A stretch of DNA of 64,000 nt from Candidatus Micrarchaeia archaeon. GTDB taxonomy: Archaea; Micrarchaeota; Micrarchaeia; Anstonellales; Anstonellaceae. The position numbers and the translations under genes were made by a program. The notes below the pieces were generated by a model that was not told the DNA's origin, did no database searches, and was given only the letters and a program-made list of their open reading frames with translations. The stretch is taken from NCBI GenBank assembly GCA_041665945.1, contig JBAYHU010000004.1:34336-98335 (forward strand), in the 5' to 3' direction. The stretch's first letter is position 1. Every line of letters begins with the position of its first letter. Shown piece by piece: positions 62,813 through 64,000 of the stretch.

Positions 62813-63754
62813 ATGCCGCACGGTTATTCTCTCAAATCACAGCCCCCGCTTTACCTTCTCCTGCTCAATTCCAAGGCCGCCAAGGTCAACCAGAATGATG
62901 TGAAAAGGCACCCGGAAAAGGATTTCAGCCCGTGGCTCGGGGCGCAGAAAAAAAGCAGGAACGCGGGCGGCAACGGGAAGGCGGGCGGGCACGGCGGGGA
63001 ACTGATGCCCCTGCGCGAGGAGAAGCAGGCGGAGGCCCAGGCGAAAAAACCCATCCTTCCGCCGAAGCTGAAAAACAGCATCAGCGAATTTCTGATGGAT
63101 GACAATTGGCTGGAGCCCCTCACTGCCGCCGAACTGAAAGAAGACATTCGGGAATTCGGGATAAACCGGGGCATACGCCAGCTCGGGAAGGTCGAACTCG
63201 AGGCGCTTTGGATGGACCTGCGCCTGGAGGAGAACCGCGCTCACTCCGAGTGGATGAGGGAGTTCCACTCGCTGAATCCCGGCATAAACCTCGTTTTCGT
63301 GGAGCGCGAAGTCGAGCACCCGGTTTTTGCCGAGTTTTCGCAGCTCATGGATTACATTTCAAAAAGCAGGGATTTGCCGACAAAAGTCGCGCAGAAGCAC
63401 CTGCAGGAGCTTGGCATCGGCGCGTGGTTGGCGATAAACGGCAGGAAGGACATGGAATACATAATCACCCGCACGGAAGATGGCTGGCACTGCGCAAAAA
63501 AGGACTGCCATCTCGAGCTTACCGGCGAAACGCTCGTCCCTGAAAATCTCGACGCCAGCAAGGCATCCATTGCCGGGCTGGATGACAGGGTTGCGCGCCT
63601 GGACGCGCTTTTTTTCATTATGAGCAGATGCCTGCAGAAAAAATACCCGGAATCCGACCTTCCGGACAGGAATTCCGGCTCCCTATTGGCGAACATGGGT
63701 CTTGCGCGGGCGCTGGTCAATCAGGCGATATATCTCCGCGACAGCAATCAGTAG
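62813..63754 (+). CDS. hypothetical protein
   Basis: 313-aa ORF; start uncertain because the first ~65 aa are low complexity; no motif recognised. Confidence 0.45.
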   Translation: MPHGYSLKSQPPLYLLLLNSKAAKVNQNDVKRHPEKDFSPWLGAQKKSRNAGGNGKAGGHGGELMPLREEKQAEAQAKKPILPPKLKNSISEFLMDDNWLEPLTAAELKEDIREFGINRGIRQLGKVELEALWMDLRLEENRAHSEWMREFHSLNPGINLVFVEREVEHPVFAEFSQLMDYISKSRDLPTKVAQKHLQELGIGAWLAINGRKDMEYIITRTEDGWHCAKKDCHLELTGETLVPENLDASKASIAGLDDRVARLDALFFIMSRCLQKKYPESDLPDRNSGSLLANMGLARALVNQAIYLRDSNQ

Positions 63755-63797
63755 CCGCGTCGCAACGGTTTTAACCAATTCGCCCCAAGCATCCCAT

Positions 63798-64000
63798 ATG
63801 AAAAACGCCTTGTTCGCAATTCTCATCGCCGCAGCGCTGCTTCTTTCCGGCTGCGCATCCAAACCCTTAAACGAGGGGGCGGATTCCAACGGGCGCGCCT
63901 ACCGCGGCGCGGACAATGCAAAGCTCACAATCTACGAGTATTCCGATTTCGAGTGCCCCTATTGCGGCAAGGTGCAGCCCGCGCTTGACGAGGTGATGCG
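63798..64000 (+). CDS. DsbA/thioredoxin-fold lipoprotein (5' partial, runs off the window)
   Basis: Hand translation: MKNALFAILIAAALLLSGCAS (lipobox-like LSGC) ... YEYSDFECPYCGK (CxxC active site). Confidence 0.7.
   Translation, partial: MKNALFAILIAAALLLSGCASKPLNEGADSNGRAYRGADNAKLTIYEYSDFECPYCGKVQPALDEVM

Noticed and set aside
1-64000. Scan for CRISPR arrays, rRNA genes, IS/transposase/integrase genes, toxin-antitoxin pairs and prophage-like blocks
   Set aside because: I found no regularly spaced direct repeats, no rRNA-like segments, no recognisable recombinase or transposase motifs, and no paired small-gene TA architecture. The single PIN protein is Fcf1-like and solitary. The scan was by eye only, so short or degenerate elements could have been missed.

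Overview
Gene-dense, GC-rich window (roughly 55-60 percent GC by eye, not computed) from an archaeon. Diagnostic archaeal genes are GatD/GatE, Orc1/Cdc6, RFC large subunit, TFE, Rpo7-Spt4, Trm56, Taw1, GGGP synthase, archaeal-type class I FBP aldolase, tRNA-splicing endonuclease, SepF and an A1:U72 initiator tRNA. Small genes, many lineage-specific hypothetical proteins and a fused three-unit EndA suggest a DPANN (Micrarchaeota/ARMAN-like) lineage; this is inference only. I call about 75 CDS, 2 tRNAs (initiator Met; Lys-CUU with a 19-nt intron in a canonical bulge-helix-bulge), and a few TATA-like promoters and hairpin/oligo-T terminators. I see no rRNA, CRISPR array, transposase or integrase. 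Most of the window is housekeeping: translation, replication, lipid and nucleotide metabolism, gluconeogenesis, H+-PPase, an ABC importer. The parts that deserve a second look are: (1) two divergent paralogs of an unrecognised protein family with a shared C-terminal domain ending in RRD and near-identical promoter layout (40.4-41.4 kb and 45.7-46.4 kb); (2) a catalytically degenerate EndA paralog translationally coupled to RFC-L, alongside the three-unit EndA; (3) a class-III-signal (pilin-like) protein with a knottin-like six-cysteine C-terminus, plus a second pilin-like gene, and a distant divergent FlaI/PilB-class ATPase preceded by two unknown proteins; (4) a HerA/VirB4-like ATPase with a coiled-coil/wHTH partner; (5) a duplicated gene tail that differs only at synonymous sites (59.2 kb); (6) an AT-rich, inverted-repeat-bounded palindromic element between two convergent genes (19.7-19.9 kb); (7) a tight three-gene micro-operon that includes a 52-aa ORF missing from the ORF track. 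All function calls come from reading motifs by eye. No searches were run.
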